A stretch of 64,000 nucleotides of DNA from an uncultured Acidobacteriota bacterium (GTDB lineage: Bacteria; Acidobacteriota; Terriglobia; UBA7540), in the NCBI GenBank assembly GCA_963804995.1, contig CAWDSK010000003.1, positions 96,001-160,000 of the forward strand. Reading direction: 5' to 3'. The notes beneath the pieces are model-generated. The model did not search any database. It worked only from the letters and a program-made list of their open reading frames with translations, and was not told the DNA's origin. The translations under genes were made by a program, and so were the position numbers. Numbering within the stretch: the first letter of the stretch is position 1; every line of letters begins with the position of its first letter. Of the stretch, positions 60,239 to 64,000 are shown piece after piece.

Positions 60239-61795
60239 ATGAGCACACGACTGATCTCGACGGTCGCTGAATTCCAAACCTACTCGCGCGAAGTGCGGTC
60301 GCGCGGAAAGTCGTTGGCCTTGGTGCCCACCATGGGTGCGTTGCATGAGGGGCACATGAGCCTGGTCCGCCAGGCCAAGCACCAATGCGATACGGTGGTG
60401 GTTTCCATCTTTGTAAATCCCAAACAATTTAGCCCGGGAGAGGATTTCAACCGCTACCCAAGAAACCTCGAGAAGGACGCGGAGCTTCTCCGCTCCCTCA
60501 ACGTGGACGCCATCTTCACTCCATCGAGCGAAGAGATATACCCGCCGGAGTTTGACACCTTTGTTAGGCCCGGAAAGCTCGCCCAGTCTCTGGAAGGCGC
60601 CACGCGGCGTGGACATTTCCAGGGAGTTACCACCGTAGTCCTGAAGCTCTTCAACATTGTCCACCCTGACGTCGCCTACTTCGGCCAGAAGGATTTCCAA
60701 CAGGTTCAAGTGATCCGCAGGCTGGTGGAAGATTTGAACCTGAGCGTGCGCCTGGTCATCTGCCCCATTGTGCGTGAGCCCGATGGCCTGGCGCTGAGCT
60801 CTCGCAACACTTACCTTGGCCCCGCGGCCCGCGCCGCCGCGGTAGTTCTCCATCACTGCCTGAAACGCGGGGAAGAGCTGGTCCACGGCGGCGAGGTGGA
60901 AGCGAAGGTCCTGCTGGAAGAGATGCGGCAGGTTATAGCGGGTGAGCCTCTGGCGAAGCTCGATTATCTGGCGCTCGTCGACCCCGTCGACCTCGCGCCT
61001 GTGGAGCGCGTGGCAGCAGGCACCGTGGCTCTGGTGGCGGCGCGAGTAGGAACCGTCCGCCTGATCGACAACCTGATCTTCGGGCCACGCGGGGCAAGCC
61101 CGGACCTCCTGCTGCAACTGGCCTTCACCTCCCGGCCCGTCATGGATTTGGGGGCGCGAATTCCCGGCCTTGAAGCGGAAGCTCTGCGCAAGCGGATTGA
61201 AAGCTGTCGCGATTGCGCCGCAATTTCTGCCGTGCAGATTCCTCCCCGCGAATTCCTCGCCAAGTATTTGAAGCGTGACTACCCGGACTTAAACCGCGTT
61301 CGCGTGGTGGTCATCGCCCGGGACGCGCCCATGGTTGCGGACGACTATTTCTATCGACGCCCTGAAACACCCACCGCCTTCGCCGTGGCGCTCTACGAGT
61401 TGTTGGGCATCAACGGCTTTCAGGAATTCAAGACGGCCTGTGTTTTGACGGACGCTCTGCGTTGTCATATCCAGGCTGACCACGCCTCAGAAAGGGCTCT
61501 GGGCTATTGCGCGCGGCATCTCCGTGATGAGTTGAAGCAATTCCCCAACTTGCGGACTGTGATAATTATAGGAGAGGATGCCTACCTACAATTCCAACGA
61601 GACGTGCTCGGCCGCCCGCCGGAGGAAATCAAGCCTTTTGAAGAACTCCTCCGGCAGGAAAGTTGGGCGAAGGAAGATGTTCAACTCCCCCTCGTGAAGG
61701 CCGGGCCCATTCAGGTGATTTACTGCTATCACCCGACCTGGGGGTACAAACGCAGCCCCTCCCTTGCCCCCTTGTTCCAATTGCTCCCGAAATAA
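60239..61795 (+). CDS. panC: Pantoate-beta-alanine ligase with C-terminal uracil-DNA-glycosylase-like domain
   Basis: VPTMGALHEGH, SIFVNPKQF, GHFQGV, FGQKD, GLALSSRN, RLIDN; then CRDC, TDALRC, YCARHLRDEL, IIIGEDA, CYHP. Confidence 0.9.
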   Translation: MSTRLISTVAEFQTYSREVRSRGKSLALVPTMGALHEGHMSLVRQAKHQCDTVVVSIFVNPKQFSPGEDFNRYPRNLEKDAELLRSLNVDAIFTPSSEEIYPPEFDTFVRPGKLAQSLEGATRRGHFQGVTTVVLKLFNIVHPDVAYFGQKDFQQVQVIRRLVEDLNLSVRLVICPIVREPDGLALSSRNTYLGPAARAAAVVLHHCLKRGEELVHGGEVEAKVLLEEMRQVIAGEPLAKLDYLALVDPVDLAPVERVAAGTVALVAARVGTVRLIDNLIFGPRGASPDLLLQLAFTSRPVMDLGARIPGLEAEALRKRIESCRDCAAISAVQIPPREFLAKYLKRDYPDLNRVRVVVIARDAPMVADDYFYRRPETPTAFAVALYELLGINGFQEFKTACVLTDALRCHIQADHASERALGYCARHLRDELKQFPNLRTVIIIGEDAYLQFQRDVLGRPPEEIKPFEELLRQESWAKEDVQLPLVKAGPIQVIYCYHPTWGYKRSPSLAPLFQLLPK

Positions 61796-61811
61796 AGGGT
61801 AGCGCGGCGCC

Positions 61812-62270
61812 TCAGGATTTCAAGGCGGCCAGGACTTCCTGCGCGTGGCCCTCTACCTTCACCCTCAGGAAGACATGCCGGATGCTACCGTCCGGATCGA
61901 TGAGGTACGTGGTGCGCACGACGCCCATGGACTTTCGGCCGTAAAGATTCTTCTCCTGCCAGACTCCATAGGCCTCGAGCATCTTGTGGGATGTATCACC
62001 CGCCAGGGGAAAGTTCAGCTTGTACTTGTCCCTGAACTTTTGCAGTTGTTCGACCGTATCCCCGCTCACCCCCAGAACTCTTGCACCCAGCTTGTCCAGT
62101 TCTTTTTTGGCGTCACGGAACTGGTTCGCCTCGCTGGTTCAACCCGGAGTATCCGCTTTGGGAAAGAAGAAGAGGACCACATGTTTCCCTTTAAATGCCC
62201 CCAGGCTGACTTGCTCCCCCGAATCCGAGGGCAAGGAAAAGTTTGGCGCTTTGTCTCCCACGTTGAGCAT
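61812..62270 (-). CDS. bcp: BCP/PrxQ peroxiredoxin with in-frame TGA (probable selenocysteine) at codon 44
   Basis: MLNVGDKAPNFSL...FFPKADTPG*TSEA...VRTTYLIDPDG; TGA at 62141-62139 occupies the PxxxTxxC peroxidatic position. Confidence 0.88.
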
Positions 62271-62327
62271 AAGTGAATCCTTCCGTCAGAATTTGTATCT
62301 CTCGGTTACGGGTCACGTCGTCTTTTT

Positions 62328-62375
62328 GTAGCGGCGGTCTATGACCGCCGGTCGGCGCTCATAGAGCGCCGCTAC
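62328..62375. repeat. GTAG-type REP doublet
   Basis: GTAGCGGCGGTCTATGACCGCCG-GT-CGGCGCTCATAGAGCGCCGCTAC; same family as 6334/8124. Confidence 0.85.
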
Positions 62376-62388
62376 AACCAACCGACCA

Positions 62389-63849
62389 TCACCCCAACTC
62401 TTTCTTGAGCGTCTCTTGCACTACTTGAGGATTTGCTTGGCCGCGCGTTGATTTCATGACCTGCCCTACAAACCAGCCGAGCGTGGCCGTTTTCCCGCTG
62501 CGATATTGTTCCACCTGCTTGGGGTTGGCGGCCATGATCTCACGCACGACCTCTGCAATGCGGCCCGCGTCGCTGATCTGGGTCAGACCCTTTTCACTGA
62601 CCAATTGCGCGGCGCTCTTCCCTGTCGAAAACATCTCCGCCAGGATTTCCTTCGCCATCTTACCGGAGACGGACCCTTTCTGGATCATCGCCAGCAATTC
62701 CGCGAGGCGTTCCGCGGACACGGGCGACTCGGTGATTTCTTTATTGGCTTCCTTCAAGAGATAGAGCAATTCACTGAGAACCCAATTGGCGACGAGTTTG
62801 GGCTCGCCACTCGCCTTCGCGACCTGCTCAAAGTATTCCGCTAGATCCTTGGAGAGGATCAATTGCCCGGCGTCGTACTCAGGAAGTCCATATTCCCGGA
62901 TAAAGCGCTGCCGGCGGGCGTCTGGAAGCTCGGGCAGTGCCCTCCGCGCTTCTTCCTTCCACTCCTCCGTAATCACCAGGGGCAGCAGATCGGGCTCCGG
63001 GAAGTAGCGATAATCATGCGCAAATTCCTTCGAGCGCATTCCATACGTCCGCTGCTCGCGGCTATCCCAGAGGCGGGTTTCCTGTTGAATCGTTCCTCCC
63101 TTCTCCACAATCTCAATCTGCCGTTCGATTTCGTAGGCCAGGGCCTTATGCAGGAAGCGGAAGGAGTTCAGGTTCTTGACCTCGGTCTTGACGCCGAAAT
63201 CCGACGCACCCGCCAGGCGCACGCTCACGTTGGCGTCGCAGCGCAGACTTCCCTCCTCCATGTTGCAATTGGAGACTTCCAGGTACGACAGAATCGTTTT
63301 AAGGCGGGTCACATATTCATAGGCCTCGTCGGGAGTCCGCAGATCCGGCTCGCTGACAATTTCAATCAGGGGCACGCCGGAGCGGTTTAAATCGATATAA
63401 GACTTGCGGTCGGAATCCGGAAAGCCCTCATGCAGGGATTTGCCCGCGTCCTCTTCCATGTGCACGCGCGTGATCCCAATGCGCTTTCTGGTCTTGTCGA
63501 CTTCGATCTCGATCCATCCGTTCTCGGCGAGGGGCTCATCGTATTGCGATATCTGGTAACCCTTGGGGAGATCCGGATAGAAGTAATTTTTGCGGGCAAA
63601 ACGCGAGCGCGGATTGATGGCACAGTTGAGTGCCAGTGCCGCCTTCATCGCCATGGTTACGGCCTCCCGGTTTAACACCGGGAGCGCTCCGGGCAGGCCC
63701 AGACAGACCGGGCACACGTTCGAATTCGGAGGATCGCCAAAATGCGTCGAGCAGGAACAGAAGATTTTTGATTTGGTAAGAAGCTGGAGGTGCACTTCCA
63801 GGCCAATCACCGCCTCGTATTTCGTGCCCGCTACTACGGAAGCATTCAT
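62389..63849 (-). CDS. gatB: Asp/Glu-tRNA amidotransferase subunit B
   Basis: [50 protein letters not shown]. Confidence 0.98.
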   Translation of the reverse strand: MNASVVAGTKYEAVIGLEVHLQLLTKSKIFCSCSTHFGDPPNSNVCPVCLGLPGALPVLNREAVTMAMKAALALNCAINPRSRFARKNYFYPDLPKGYQISQYDEPLAENGWIEIEVDKTRKRIGITRVHMEEDAGKSLHEGFPDSDRKSYIDLNRSGVPLIEIVSEPDLRTPDEAYEYVTRLKTILSYLEVSNCNMEEGSLRCDANVSVRLAGASDFGVKTEVKNLNSFRFLHKALAYEIERQIEIVEKGGTIQQETRLWDSREQRTYGMRSKEFAHDYRYFPEPDLLPLVITEEWKEEARRALPELPDARRQRFIREYGLPEYDAGQLILSKDLAEYFEQVAKASGEPKLVANWVLSELLYLLKEANKEITESPVSAERLAELLAMIQKGSVSGKMAKEILAEMFSTGKSAAQLVSEKGLTQISDAGRIAEVVREIMAANPKQVEQYRSGKTATLGWFVGQVMKSTRGQANPQVVQETLKKELG

Positions 63850-64000
63850 GAATCGATTCCTTGTTTTCGATGACGCCTGACCAGCCGATTATTATACACG
63901 CTTCCGGAATAGGTCGGAGCGCCCGTGCGTGGGGGGTACGGGTCCCTCAAGGGCGGCACGCCGCAGCCCCATCGGCTCGACAACTAGAACGAAAACTTTA

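Overview
GC-rich bacterial window, most consistent with an Acidobacteriota (Terriglobia-like) chromosome. This is inferred from the TPR and PEGA secreted proteins, the PadR + membrane protein pair, the Ser/Thr kinase-TolB fusion and the heptamer and REP repeats. The housekeeping backbone is fmt-def-aroC, tldD/pmbA, guaB, amidase-GerMN-rph-rdgB, polA, lpxC, gdh, lsrF-like/rpe/rhaD-like sugar genes, ruvCAB, folK-dNK-panB-panC, bcp and gatB. The strongest candidate for a new system is an AT-richer, tightly coupled six-gene operon (43021-47204) inside a small island flanked by intact and decayed toxin-antitoxin loci. It encodes an ACP-like protein, a radical SAM/twitch enzyme, an XRE HTH protein, an ImmA/IrrE metallopeptidase fused to a chagasin-like (I42) inhibitor, a papain-like C1 peptidase and a thymidylate-synthase-fold protein. 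Other notable items: (1) an ORF-less group II intron whose candidate EBS1 matches REP ends, inserted antisense into a stack of nested in-frame palindromes inside a secreted TPR gene; (2) a degenerate RuvB paralog fused to an Mrr-like nuclease at the end of ruvCAB; (3) a PanC-UDG-like fusion behind a probable pan RNA motif; (4) a BCP peroxiredoxin with UGA (probable Sec) at the peroxidatic position; (5) nested mobile elements (an IS in a duplicated 27-bp REP inside a MITE, and a Y1 tnpA inside mirrored REP arrays). Several single-base indels, including in tldD and ruvC, suggest residual sequencing error. No rRNA, tRNA or CRISPR array was seen. All calls come from motif recognition by eye, not database searches.
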